A stretch of 64,000 bases of DNA from Octopus vulgaris (lineage: Eukaryota), in contig OX597828.1 of the NCBI GenBank assembly GCA_951406725.2, positions 73,346,001-73,410,000 on the forward strand. The letters are read 5' to 3'. A program made the translations under genes and the position numbers. Positions 26,986 to 40,953 of this stretch are shown in pieces; the stretch's first letter is position 1, and every line of letters begins with the position of its first letter. Below the pieces are notes generated by a model. The model was not told where the DNA came from. It was given only the letters and a program-made list of their open reading frames with translations, and made no database searches.

Positions 26986-27392
26986 GTCCCAAACTTTGGC
27001 ATCGAGAGTTACACAAATGCCAGAACTGGGCGCCACTGCGTGGTGCCTAGGACTCCAAATTTGCCATCAAGATGTAGGACAAGATACTGTGATAGCCTGG
27101 GCTTCCGAGGCCCACAGCTCTTCAATATCCTCCCGAAGAACCTGAGAGACCTGTATGGGGTGGATGCAGATGTCTTTAAAATGAAACTGGATCTCTTCCT
27201 GTCAGGTGTCCCAGATGAACCAACTTCACGGCAGGAGGTGCAGATGAGGGCAGCTGCATCGAACTCTCTCATGCACCAAATGGCAGTTGCTAAAAAGCTT
27301 TCGTGAAGTAAAACCAAGTAGCAACACCAAATAGCGGTGCCCCAGCATGGCCAAAGCTCATGAGCTGAAACTAGAATCAATCAATCAATCAA
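26986..27392 (+). mobile_element. CR1-like LINE 3' end with (AATC)n tail
   Basis: VPNFGI..RTGRHC..GPQLFNILP..FKMKLDLFLSGVPDEP..RAAASNSL, open to stop 27306; tail GCGGTGCCCCAGCATGGCC..AGCTCATGAGCTGAAAC. Confidence 0.88.
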
Positions 27393-28123
27393 TAAATCAT
27401 ATGTATACGTGCGCATGTATGTATGCATGTATGAACGTATGTACTTTAGAGAGTGAAGTGTGTGAAAGAACGTGTTGATACTTTTTTTTGTCACACTAAT
27501 TCCAAAGAAAAGCTTCTTGTGCGCCTAACAGAACACATTGGCTCCCGTACTAAAGTACCGATATTAGTGCTGCATGAAACACTCACCTACAAACATTAAC
27601 ACACAGAAACTAATCTTTATCGCTTATTACAAGAACTGCAAAGTGATGCATTGAACCCCACCCAGCCCAAATCTTAAATATTCGCACTTTACCATATTTG
27701 CGAAGAATACATTTCCTAGATATTTTCTATGCCAGGAAAAGCTTTTTTTTTGCGATATTAGCTTTAAAACATCTAAAAGTATAACTATGTGCACTATTAA
27801 GATTAGGTAAAAATATAAATTTAATCTTTGATTAAAGTGATCCGAGATGTTATGAACAAATCGAAACTCGGCGATGGCTCAACGTTTCACGTAGCACAAC
27901 GAAACGAGTGTACTAGAAACATGCATCGCCTGAAAGGAGACGTTGTTCTCTTCATAGGTACAATACAACAGCAGTTAACATACTTATGTTGACATCAGTG
28001 GGTCGCTAATGTCCGTGTATATGACGATTTCTCGGAGGAATTGTAGCTTTAGGAAAACATGACCCTGATGATTCTCGTTCTCAATGATGCTGACAAAAAA
28101 CTGTATTCATATTTGATTTTAGG

Positions 28124-28740
28124 CAGTTTTTTGCAACAGGGGTTCCATATAACAATCGGGACTTGATATAACACACGGTGGTGCATGTGACATTCCATAT
28201 ATAGGTTCGTATAACATTTGTTGCTAAAACTTTAACATTAAAACCGGCCATACAAATCCCAAACATTCTGACTGCGTTCAAAATTGCTACACCAACGTTA
28301 CATGTCATTCTAAAAATAAACAATTACATCATAAATCTCAAAGCTACGAGGTAACGCACGATTAATTCAACATTTTGCGAAATAAATAAGCATTTCATTT
28401 CACAGATTAATCTGAATTCTAAAGGATTAATGTTAAAGAGCAATAAATTATTTCGTTTTTGTATCTGGTTTGCTAGATTCTTTTATGCATAAATAAGTAA
28501 ATGAGTGGAAATCGAACCGGTATGTTAATTAATAAGGCATTAAAACGGAATGACTCTCCCTAGAAGCAATAAATTAGTTATACTTTTGTAATACACAAAA
28601 TAATTTAACAAGTTTTATACATCTCATTAATAATGCCTAATTATAAAAATAAACGATGAATTAATTTTACCATGGGATCTATCAGAGTAAATTAGAAAAC
28701 GAAAGGGGTCGCCTGGCAAAAACATGGTTGAGAAACTCTG
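28124..28740. mobile_element. Old hAT/Charlie-like MITE containing a nested piggyBac-like MITE (~28225-28430)
   Basis: Degenerate ends CAGTTTTTTGCAACAGGGG and TGGTTGAGAAACTCTG; the internal unit starts ACTTTAACATT and ends AATTCTAAAGGA-TTAA. Confidence 0.4.
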
Positions 28741-28962
28741 TTTTAAAGGGCAATAAGGACTATATTTGTTTATAGTATGAGCGAATAAGCTTTTTGCCGA
28801 TACATAAACGAAGGCATGGCTGTGCGGTAATGTTTGGATATGTTGGGTTCGATCCCATTGCGTGGGTACCTTGAGTTAGTGTATTCATCAAGAACTTCTC
28901 AGTGGATTGAAAAGAAGCATATACACACACACACATACACACATATGCCTATACACACACAC

Positions 28963-29020
28963 ACCCCAGCATGGCCACAGCTCATGAGCTGAAACTGGAA
29001 AAATCAAAATCAAAATCAAA
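28963..29020 (+). mobile_element. ~55-bp extreme 3' end of the CR1-like LINE, inside the microsatellite of a SINE A (28812-29400)
   Basis: CCCCAGCATGGCCACAGCTCATGAGCTGAAACT plus an (AAAATC)n tail. Confidence 0.75.
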
Positions 29021-29132
29021 AAATATACATATATATATATACATATATATATATATACATATACATACATACATACATACATATATATATATATATACAT
29101 ATACACATATATATATACATATATACATATAC

Positions 29133-29233
<101 letters not shown>

Positions 29234-29616
29234 TGTGCACGCGTGTGTGTGTGTCTGATTGTCCACCTCTTGACAAGTGGTGTTCGCGTGTTTACGTCCG
29301 CGTAACTGAGCGGTTCGACAAAGGGGAATTTATAAAATGTACGTGGCCTTAAGAAACAAGATAAGTGCAGGGATCGATTCCTTGCAGACTGAAGCAAATA
29401 AGGAAAAAAGAAGAAAAAAAAACGAATATATTTTCAGTATGTTATACAATGTTCACCATTTTATCATCTGTCGTGGATTGCTGGAAATGGGATCCTTTTC
29501 AGCGACAGCAGTGTATGCATGTCATCTTCATCATCATCATCATCATCCTCAGCCGCAGCATCATCATCATCATCATCATCATCATCGTCGTCGGTTGGAC
29601 GGTTTGACTGAATTAA

Positions 29617-29847
29617 GGCGGCGAGCTGGCAGAAACGTTAGCACGTCGGGCGAAACGCTTAGCGGTATTTCGGCTGCCGTTACGTTGTGAGTTCAAATTC
29701 CGCCGAGGTCGACTTTGCCTTTCATCCTTTCGGGGTCGATAAATTAAGTACCAGTTACGCACTGGGGTCGATGCAATCGACTTAATACCTATGTCTGTCC
29801 TTGTTTGTCCCCTCTGTGTTTAGCCCCTTGTGGGTAATAAAGAAATA
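29617..29847 (+). mobile_element. SINE family B with 11-bp TSD (GGTTTGACTGA), inside an older (CAT)n-bordered retroposon fragment (~29530-29935)
   Basis: TSD copies at 29601-29611 and 29848-29858. Confidence 0.93.
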
Positions 29848-30538
29848 GGTTTGACTGAGGACTGGTGAGCCAAAAGGCTGCACCATGCAAAGTTTCTACG
29901 GCTCGATGCCCTTCCTAACGCCAACCACTCCGAAAGAAATCCTTGATTACCTTCCCCTGCCTGGAACTCTTCACTTCATAGCGAAGACATGACACGATGT
30001 AGGTAAAGAAATTTGAGAAAATTGAAAAGAATATACGAAACCGGTTATTTCTCCCAAAACTATGTTACTATACACAAACTTTTATAACATTTTTCTAACA
30101 AAACGACTGAAATATATTAATTTTTCACTCTTTTTTATTATTTATATATATATAATCCTCCTTCTTTCTTTACTTTCCTGAGCGTCCAATAACACTGTAC
30201 TTGTTCCACGTCCTCGCGTTGTTATGTTTTCTCTTTGTGTTTTCATGTTTGAATTAACTAGATAGATAGATAGATGGATGGATGGATAGGTGGGTAGGTA
30301 GGTAGGTAGGTAGGTAGGTAGGTAGGTAGGTAGGTAGGTAGATAGATAGATAGATAGGTTGGTAGGTAGATAGATAAATAGATATATATATATATAAATA
30401 GGTGGGTAGGTAGGCTTGTAGGTAGGTAGATAGGATGGTTGGTACACGCATATACGTATATATATTTACAAGTGTATATTATGTATATCTATGTGTATGC
30501 ATGCAGATGTATTCATATGTATATATATACATATGTAT

Positions 30539-30591
<53 letters not shown>

Positions 30592-30600
30592 TCATGTATG

Positions 30601-30632
<32 letters not shown>

Positions 30633-31059
30633 CACAAGAATCGTTATATACCCAGATATAAGTATGAGCATTTTTTCTATACGTGATTCTGCACCAATAA
30701 AATATGCATAATGTACTACTTATGTACGGTTGAAGTGTACATCGATATAGCTGCACGCACTGATGTCCATCTCCACACACACACACTCACAAACAAACAA
30801 ACAAACACACACTCACACACACACACGCACACTCACACGCAAACACATGTGACAGCAATATATTTTACTATCAACAGTGTAATCTTCACTCGCGGCAGCC
30901 ATTCCACATTAGCCATAAATATATAATTGTTTCTGCACACGAACCGTATTACCGCATAAAGAAACATGAATGCACTCAGGCATATGGCCTTGTATCTATC
31001 GATAAACAGACACACACACACACACACACACACATATATGTGTGTACGTCTGAGCGCGT

Positions 31060-31094
<35 letters not shown>

Positions 31095-31456
31095 TGTCTG
31101 TAGTTGTGTGTGTTTGTTTTAAACAGCGAATATGTTATTGCGTCTTTGTATTTGCCGATGACCGTTCTGCGTGTGGGCGTTTTCTCTCCAACGATTTCCT
31201 CTAAGTGTCCACAACATCAACACAAAAGCTACGCAGTCAGGAGTATCGACTCCACGCTCCTACATTTTCTATTGACTCGGTATATCCCGTTATAGGAATA
31301 CTAATTAGTCCTTAATGGAATTTGAAACACTAAATCAGAACACCGAACCAATTAAGTAAAATTCCGTTCTGTAAAATCCCCTTGTTTTTTTTTGTTTAAA
31401 TTCCGATATTTATTTCAGTTAAAGACGCAGGCAAAAATGGGAAGATTTTCGTGTGA

Positions 31457-31615
31457 GGTAGGCGTGGCTGTGTGGTAAATAGCTTGATTACCAACCACAT
31501 GGTTCCGGGTTCAGTCCCACTGCATGGCACCTTGAGCAAGTGTTTTCTACTATAGTATTCGGCCGACCAAAGCCTTGTGAGTGAAGCTGGTAGACGGAAA
31601 CTGAAAGAAGCCCAT

Positions 31616-31671
<56 letters not shown>

Positions 31672-31830
31672 TATATATGTATATAAATTTAACACACACA
31701 ACGCATGTACATTTATATGTTTGTGCGTCTGTGTATGTATAATAAGCACTAGGCTTACAAAGAATAAGTCCTGGGTGGTGCTCCAGCATCGCCACAGTTA
31801 AATGACTGGAACAAGTAAAAGAATAGAAGA
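31457..31830 (+). mobile_element. SINE family A with an expanded internal (TA)n and deletions
   Basis: Head and tail match the family. Confidence 0.85.
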
Positions 31831-32035
31831 ACAAAAGAATAGAAATGATAGCTAAACATCCCTCGAAAATTACTTGTCTTTTTCAAAATTTTCAACCATA
31901 TTCTATGTTGTAATCCGTGTCTGCGCGATCTCTTGGCTATATGAGAAATGTTATCAATATTGATTTTGACCTTAGGCAGAAGGCATCTTGGGAGACGGGT
32001 ACATTCAGTTAAATGGAATCCAGTATTTGTCGGGT

Positions 32036-32332
32036 GAAGGCGCGTGGCCCAGTGGTTACGGTGCTGCACTCGCGACTCCTGGGCCCAAGCGGTGTCTTGT
32101 GCTCTTGAGCAAAACATTTCATTTCAAGCTGCTGAACTCCATTCAGTTTCAAATATATCAGCCTGCAACGAACTGGTTTTTCAATCCAGGGATATGTTGG
32201 CCTGCGCACCTAACCAGCGTGGCGGCATCGTCTGTAAGTTAAACAAACAAACAAAAAAAAAAAAATCGAGTCAAAGCGCATTGTGACCAGCGATGTATAA
32301 CAACATCTGATAGTCTGGTCGATCGCATGATG
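32036..32332 (+). mobile_element. SINE with a family D-like head and tail X
   Basis: GGCGCGTGGCCCAGTGGTTA, then 'tgtgctcttgagcaaaacatttcatttca' (D-like core); tail shared with ~16880-16930. Confidence 0.7.
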
Positions 32333-35300
32333 ACTTTATTTTATTCTCCAGAGAAGGATGAAAAACAAAGTTTGGCATGCTGGGATTTAAACTTAGAATC
32401 AAAAATCTCAAAACTAAATACCGCAAGGCATTATGTCAGCCAGTCCCTCACTGATATATACTCTTATTAAGTCACAATACCATAAAAATGCGTGCGGAGT
32501 AGTTTAGGCGACATATTCTTCGAATCCAGTAATTTAGTGATTTTCTATTTTATGGACCCCGGAATTATGAGAGGTAAAGTTGGCCTCAATGGCAATTGAA
32601 CTCACAGCATAAAGAAGCCGAAAGTGCCACATGCAAGTAGTCCGATGCGTTACCAGTTATGACAGGGCATCGATATTATAATTAACAAAGTTAGCATAAT
32701 CAGTGGAGCATCATCAATTAATCGCAACGCATGTTCGAAACTTAACGAGTACAACGTCTCATTTTTCCTAGTTTAGGATCGCAAGAATAAGTTTGACTGG
32801 AAAGGATAGGTCCAGCCCTTTATCCATGTTCAAACAGTAATAATTTATTAATATTAAAGTAAACAATTGGGTCCAATGTTTCATTTTACAGAGGAAGAAG
32901 ATTAAAGATGTGATATTCATTTCAGCATCGTTACTGGATGACCGAGACATCGATCACATAATAGTCTTTATAATGACATGTTCCTTAATATGAATTGTCT
33001 AGCATGTATACTGGTCAAGATAAGTTCAGATTTTGGAATGAGAATGGATATGTGAAATTCTGGAAGACGTGAATTTCGTTCAAAACATAAAGTCCAAATT
33101 TCTGCTTCTAATTTATATTAAATGAACTTGAAAAACATTCTAATCCAGCAGACCCATGATCAAAGGTATTTTTATTATAACCATTCCATAGCGTATTTTC
33201 ATGCACAGTTTGTCTACGATTACTCTAAGTAACGATTAGTTTATTAGTTAGTATTAATACACGATAATTGTTGCTGCTGTTGTTTTTGCCTCCTCAACAT
33301 CAGTTGTGTTCCAACAGACCGATCAATAAACATGTTCTACCTGCCACAATATATTCAAACACAGAAGCAATTCCAATCCCATTATCAAACGCGTCATTTT
33401 TATAGAGAGTAGAGCTAGATTCGAATGAGATATGTCTACTATTTTTAGTAGATCGATCAACCACGTAGAAGCTACATCGTTATCTCGTTTACAAATAAAT
33501 TAAGAAAGGATATGAAATCGACCATTATATATTAATATCAATTTCTGCACCTTGTTTCTCTCGAATAAATATACACAGTGCAGCTCAATGTTGTTCAGTG
33601 AAGCAATGCCGGAAAGTGATGTTATATGAGTAGAACGGTGTTTCAAACAGAGTATCTGATTGGTTTATGTAACCGGTTGAGATTTTCCTGGCTTGTATGG
33701 TAACGCATAAAACCTTTATTCGCATGGAAACATGTTTTGAAACATATAATCTTTATACGCTAGGTGTTAGGGAAATATTTTTATAGACATATAATCCAAC
33801 AAGAAATCTATACTAAAAGACAAGAAATAGGAACTTTATATTCTATAACAATGCATCCACGTTACGTCATTGAAAAAAATATAAACAGAAACAACAAAGC
33901 AGTTATCTAGAGCTGCGTAACAACACTTTCTATTATTGTAAAGCAACACCATGATAAACAAAGAATCCTCTACGTATTGGTTCATTTATCTACATGAGAA
34001 TAAAGATAGTTTCAACAAATTCTACCTTACCGCTTCAAAGTCTAATACTGAATGTATGACAAACCATAAGACGAGACGACGGTCAGGGCTAAAATGGCTG
34101 CTGAACAATATCTTTAGATCAAAACAGAATTATTGTCTAATTTAGCGTAATCACTTATGTCCTGATTGAGCTGTCTGTGAATGCAGGAGTTGATGTCTTA
34201 TTAGGCGGTGAATTTGTTTTGTGGGTATTTTGCCCATTACACTGCGGGTCAATAGCTGACTGGAGTCACCCACCGACGTTGGCAAACCAGAAGAAACGAC
34301 ACATCTCTATCAAAATACACTTAGGGACTAAAGGTCAAACTATATCAATTACTATACCAAATGATCAAATTCCCCCCTTTACCAATAGCCGCAGGATATA
34401 AAAATAATTCCTGCAAGATGTACGCAACAGAAAAGATTGACAATCTCCTTACGAATAAATAAATAATTATTGGAAACTAATTTCATCTTGTCCACAGAAC
34501 ATGGAAACTTTTCAGGCATTTTTAAATCAGTAATTTATCCGAAGAGGTATGTGACAACAGCTTTTAATTGATGCATTTCCATTGCAGGTCCCTCTTCGGA
34601 AGATTTCATCATTCGAACATAAATATTTTCTCATATTTTATATTTTATATTCTACCTATTAACAACAATTTTGTTTTATCATTTACATTATTTCACTCAT
34701 TACTTAATTAACCATTAAGTAAAGAATCTCTGTACTTATAATTATTATTTTAGCATTAATCCAGCATGTATATGCGGCTCTCACACCATTACATATAGAC
34801 ATGTATAGAATAAATAGAGCCAAAATAACTGTTCCATTTATAACGATCAAGCATGGATTCGTCTAATGTCTCCATTGGGATATTTCAACAAATTAAACTT
34901 TGATACATCGTTTATAGATCCTTTCATTTCATTTCCCAGTAGCCCTTCCCACAATATATATAAAAAGATACTATTAAAATAATTAGCATATATTAGTTCC
35001 CTTGGTACCGTCTCCATTTAGATATATGCACTAACTCCCATCCATTCACTGTTCTCAGTTATTTCACGTCAAACAATACACCCCTGACATAAAAATAAAT
35101 AAAACGTTTCTTATATAAGTCTTTTTTTTGTTTGTATGTTCGTTCTGTTTTTGCAGTCGTGTAGTAACTAAGTCATCCTCATTATTTAATGCATAAACTA
35201 ATTCCATTTCCAAATCATAGACAAGTCTCCTCTGTGTAAAGCAGGAGTTCCCAACCATTTTTTTTACCTATAATTTCTTTTGATTCCTATTTTACGCGAA

Positions 35301-35736
35301 TGAACCTTCCCAGCCGTTCCATGTTTACTAATTATATATTTTTTATAATTAAATATATTATTTAAAAATTGTTAAATTGTGTAATCTAGAAGTAAAGTTG
35401 TTCAAACGGCAATATTGCGTTCGAACAGATAACGCCTCTTGTCAGTGTCGGACAATACACATTTCGACGCTTCTAATAAAGACAAATGTAAGTTTTCTTA
35501 TATTATCACACGTGATTGCTTATCTGTTTACTTTTGCTATATATATATATATATATAGTACTTAGAGAAAGGAGGAATTTCGATTATACCCACGTGGTGA
35601 TTTGTAATGTATATAAGAAATTTAACAAGGAAAATACGCACACTTTCATAGTTGTAATATAATTTTTAATATATCGACCGGTTTCGCTATCGCTACTCAT
35701 GATATTATGTTTTACTTATTTGAATATGTATTTGTT

Positions 35737-35795
<59 letters not shown>

Positions 35796-36164
35796 GTATG
35801 TATGTGTGTGTGTGTGTGTATGTGTGTGTATGTATAAGATTTAATTATTCTTAAGATATTACCTTCATCATTTCTAGGCTTTTGATATGGAAAATTCCGC
35901 CTCTCCATATAATTTTCGCTAATATTTCTGGTCAATATTTCCTGCTATGTCTACAAAATCTGTATAGCTTTTTTATGTTTAATTAGTGTTACATTTCTCT
36001 AAATAACATCTTATTTCTTTATATCTACATCTTTCGTCTCTTGCTCCCATGGACTTTGGTGCAAAGAAAATATACTTTAACATTCAATGAAGCACTGGGA
36101 ACGCGCCGAAAGACGGAACGGGGGGGGTCAGCAGGCTGGCTCAAATAAATAGGTCTTTCCGTGT

Positions 36165-36209
<45 letters not shown>

Positions 36210-36670
36210 CCTGTCAGTGTATCAGTTTTGTTTCTATGCATATATGAAAAACAATATATATTGATCCGATAACAAAGATAATGTTTGTTAATACCATTAC
36301 ACTTATGAATACACAGTATAATTTTTCATTACAATCACAGGCAGAACGCTTTTGTTGTTGTTGTTGTTGAATCTGATTCTGTCCGTGTATTGACTCTTTC
36401 ATATACAGATGATACAATAAATAAATCAGACAGTATCAAACACAACAACAACAACAACAACAACAACAACAGGCTATTATCTCTATTATATTTCCTGTAG
36501 TTGCATCATTTGTCTACAGTCATTAAAGCAGCCTGGTTGAAGTAGCCTGACACTGTCTAATCCATTTGGTGCAATTTCTCTGCCTGTACATCTTTCTCTC
36601 TCTATCTCTCTTTCCCTCTCACACACACACTCTCTCTCTCTTTCTGTGCACACACACACATACATATGTA

Positions 36671-36710
<40 letters not shown>

Positions 36711-37568
36711 CAAACACTTGCATACAAACACACACATAAGTACATACGCGTGAATATACGTATTTATGCGTGTGCATGCATATATGCATATATATCTATA
36801 TCTATATACATGTATATATATATATGTATATACATATATATAGATAGATAGATACATACGTAATACAAACACACACACACACACACACATATATGTGCAT
36901 ATATCGCTCCTCATTTGAATATACAATTTTAATAATTTTATTTGCTCAAGAGAGAAAACTGACAAGAGTCCATGACCTAGAATGAAATCTATGTTTTTGC
37001 TGACATTATTGATAGTGACTTCGAAGTTACATGGGTTGGCGGGGCCTTACTTGCTGCCAGCTATAATTGTATGAAGCCGAAGTGAGAGTTAAGGAATTTG
37101 TTCACTTCTAGATATTGAGACAAGCGAAAAGATGGATAGATAAATAGACAGACAGACAGGTAGACATACAGGTAGGCAGAAGGGGTAGATAGGTGGGTTG
37201 GTAGATACAGAGACTAAGAGATAGAAAGATATATAGATAGGAAGGAAGCTAGCTAGCTAACTAGATAGATAGATAGATAGATAACATTTAAATAATGAGG
37301 GAGATAAATTGAATATTAATTTAATTAATATCAATCTAAAAGCAGTAGTGTAGCATACAAAAATCTGCGCTGAATTTTCTCTAGAGAACTTTCTTTCATG
37401 GTAGTTTGATCGTAGGCGATCTATTTCTAGCATATGGCTGTCCACATAGTGGTTTTTAGCTCTTAATATACACATGTATTAGATAGATAGATTGATAAAT
37501 AAATAGGTATGTATGTAGGTAGGTAGGCAGACAGGCAGACATACAGACAGACTGACAGATAGATAGAT

Positions 37569-38145
37569 ATATTTCTTTATTAGCCACACAGGGCTGCACA
37601 CAGACGGGACAGATTACAAAGTAGAGTTTTTCTTTATGGGGGAGAAAAAAAAGGTGGGTTAGGTTTTTGATCAAAAGGGATGGTAAAAGGGAAAGAAGAA
37701 GAAAAGGGGAAAAAAGGGGAAAAAACGATCAATAGGGATCATGTATCACAGTGTCATGGGGTAAAGTGTAAAGGAGGAAGAAGATAAGGATTATCCGTGT
37801 GAAGAAAAGCCTACGATATTACAAGTTACCACATTTGTTTGCAAGTAGGTAACTCTCTGCTTTAAATTTTCCGGGTTCATAGGATTATGCTCAAGGTGGC
37901 TTCGTCTTTCATACGTGCCATCCTTGCTACATTCACCCATCTTTTTTTAAAACATTCGCTAGACAAAACTTGCCTCTCTACTCTCACTTTCCTTCTCAAG
38001 TGATACTTGAAAAAGTTGATGAGAGATTGACCAGAGCGGAAAGTGTTTGTCTCCAATCTTTTCAGACGCGTCCACCAGATACATTCTTTCGCCATAGCCA
38101 CAAGGATGATGAAAATAGCTCTTCCTTCCCGTTTGAAGGAAGGAG
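37569..38145 (-). mobile_element. Third copy of the Tx1-like LINE, 5'-truncated, embedded in (GATA)n
   Basis: Peptide PSFKREGRAIFIILVAMAKECIWWTRL... is nearly identical to ORF 14707..15228; both junctions abut GATA-type arrays. Confidence 0.9.
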
Positions 38146-38158
38146 AATAAATAGATAA

Positions 38159-38205
<47 letters not shown>

Positions 38206-38325
38206 CATAGATAGATACATAGATAGATACATAGATTGATCGATATGTAGGTATGTAGGTAGGTAGGTAGATAGGTAGGTAGATAGATAGATAGATAGAT
38301 AGATAGATGGATGGATAGATAGATG

Positions 38326-38419
<94 letters not shown>

Positions 38420-38456
38420 CAAGTAGATAGAGAGAGAAATTGATAGGTAGATAGAT
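38146..38456. repeat. (GATA)n array
   Basis: Read directly from the sequence. Confidence 0.97.
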
Positions 38457-39090
38457 ATTATCTACCTGTTCCCATACTTAAGGGCAACCTGCAGCTGCGA
38501 GACACTCTTCAAGCCTGTCAGAGGTCCAGTTCGGCTGCTGATACATCGTGTCCCATTCGGCCCGTTTCCCAAAAAGGTTGCTTCTTCCTTGTAGACCACA
38601 GATTCTCAACATGTTTCTATACGGCCCATGAGTGTCCATAAAATATTTGGGGGTGGTGGGGCGCATGTAACAAAATGGTAAATCGGGAGTCCGCAATAAT
38701 ATTTTAAGGGTCCCTGAAAAAAACCTTGCTTTAGATGTTTGTATTGGTATGTATTTCAAGAAGACGATAGGTTTCTGCCCCAATCACGGGGCGGTCCATA
38801 GGTACAAAATGGTTGTGAAACTCCTTTGCAGATGCTGATATGTTTTCAATAAAAATTTGAATAGCCTAATATCTAAACAGACTTTAGAGCTCCATGCGCT
38901 TTCTTAAACATAAAAAGAGACAGCTTCAAAGATAAGTCGTAAATTAGTGTAAAAGTTTAGTTTAGTTGGCTCATTCGAAGATTCCCAGACAACACATGGG
39001 GAAATAACAGGACAGAGATGAATCAATTATTAATTATTTACCAGCTTAATAATGTATAAAGAAACTCTCCTGGTTTGTCTGCACACATAA

Positions 39091-39124
<34 letters not shown>

Positions 39125-39171
39125 ACATCCAGACATACATCTTCATAAACAGAAATGTATGAATCTGTGTG

Positions 39172-39205
<34 letters not shown>

Positions 39206-39511
39206 CGTGTGTGTGCTTCAAGAACATCTGCTCATAACAGTGTTCCAATTCTCTGTATGTAGATGCTATATTTGTGTGGGGTACGCATGTGAGGGGATAT
39301 TCCGGAAATATTGTTTGCAGTAGCAAACAAGGAGTTTGAAAACTGTCTAAAATATTTTGTTACACGTTTCTCTCTCTCAACAATTTCTCATAGAAGATAT
39401 CGTACATGTTTATACATGTACAATTTTGTGACTCCTATTAGTAGACGAAACATGTGTAATGGTGAATGTGTAATGCCAAAAAGATTATGCAGTCTCCTGT
39501 TTTGATATATA

Positions 39512-39546
<35 letters not shown>

Positions 39547-39916
39547 TATATATATATATTCTTTTATTCTTTTTTTCTTTTATTTGTTTCAGTCATTTGA
39601 CTGCGGCCATGCTGGAGCACCGCCTTTAGTCATATATATATATACGCTCACACAGAGATAATAAGGGAAATTCTCTGTTAGTTTCGATTTGGAGACCAAC
39701 ATATATTAGATGAAAATTGTAATTGAAAGACGGGAGGATTTCGACTCGTATTTCATGTAAATTATTCATGTGTGGGAATTCGTGACAAGGATTTCTTACG
39801 AAACAAAGAATATCGAATGATATCATCAGCTTAATGGCTTTCCATCTACCTTTAATTAACACACACACACGCACACAAACACATGCGTAATATATACATA
39901 TAAATACATGTTATTA

Positions 39917-39986
<70 letters not shown>

Positions 39987-40025
39987 CATGTATATATTTA
40001 TAGGTATATAGATATATCTATATAT

Positions 40026-40075
<50 letters not shown>

Positions 40076-40126
40076 ATGTGTCCGTATATATATATTTGTA
40101 TGTATACACCTAGATATATATATATA

Positions 40127-40163
<37 letters not shown>

Positions 40164-40742
40164 TTATATATACATACATATATGTTTCTTCTACTGTAAG
40201 TGAAATCACGCATACAATTGTTAGAGAATGAATTAGGTTCCCTGTACGACGTAAAACATTCCGGAACAAAATTCGACATTATATTCCATATAATTTCCTA
40301 TGAATCTACCTTTAAATGAAAAAAATAAAGAAAAAAGACCAAAATTAAAAGAAACAGAAAGTGTGGAAATCCGACGTCTTTCATAGATAGAACCCTTGAT
40401 TTTCACAGACTAAAGAAGCGGGGTTCCCTTTATGCATGTAGGTGTACATTGCGGCACGGCTCCAGCGTGTGTTTGTGGGTCTGTACGTTTCTAAGCATGC
40501 GTATATGAAACTATTTGTTTGTGTGTATTCGTGAGTGTGTATGTGTGTGTGTGAACGTGTATGTGTTTGTGTGCATGGGTGTGTGCGTGAATACACTATC
40601 TGTAGATATAAGTGAGCAGCTAATATTCTTAAAATCTATATATCATACTTTATTCATGTGTGTATGTGTGTATATATATATATATGTGTGTGTGCGCGCG
40701 CGTGTGTGTGTATACATGTATACATGCATATGTGCGTATACG

Positions 40743-40791
<49 letters not shown>

Positions 40792-40862
40792 ATCCTATAT
40801 GTATATATACATACATAAATTTATATACATATGTATATACAGATATGCCATATATATGTATA

Positions 40863-40953
<91 letters not shown>

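Noticed and set aside
38480-38830. Possible hAT/Charlie MITE (GGTCCATAGGTACAAAATGGTTG right end)
   Set aside because: No matching left TIR or TSD found.
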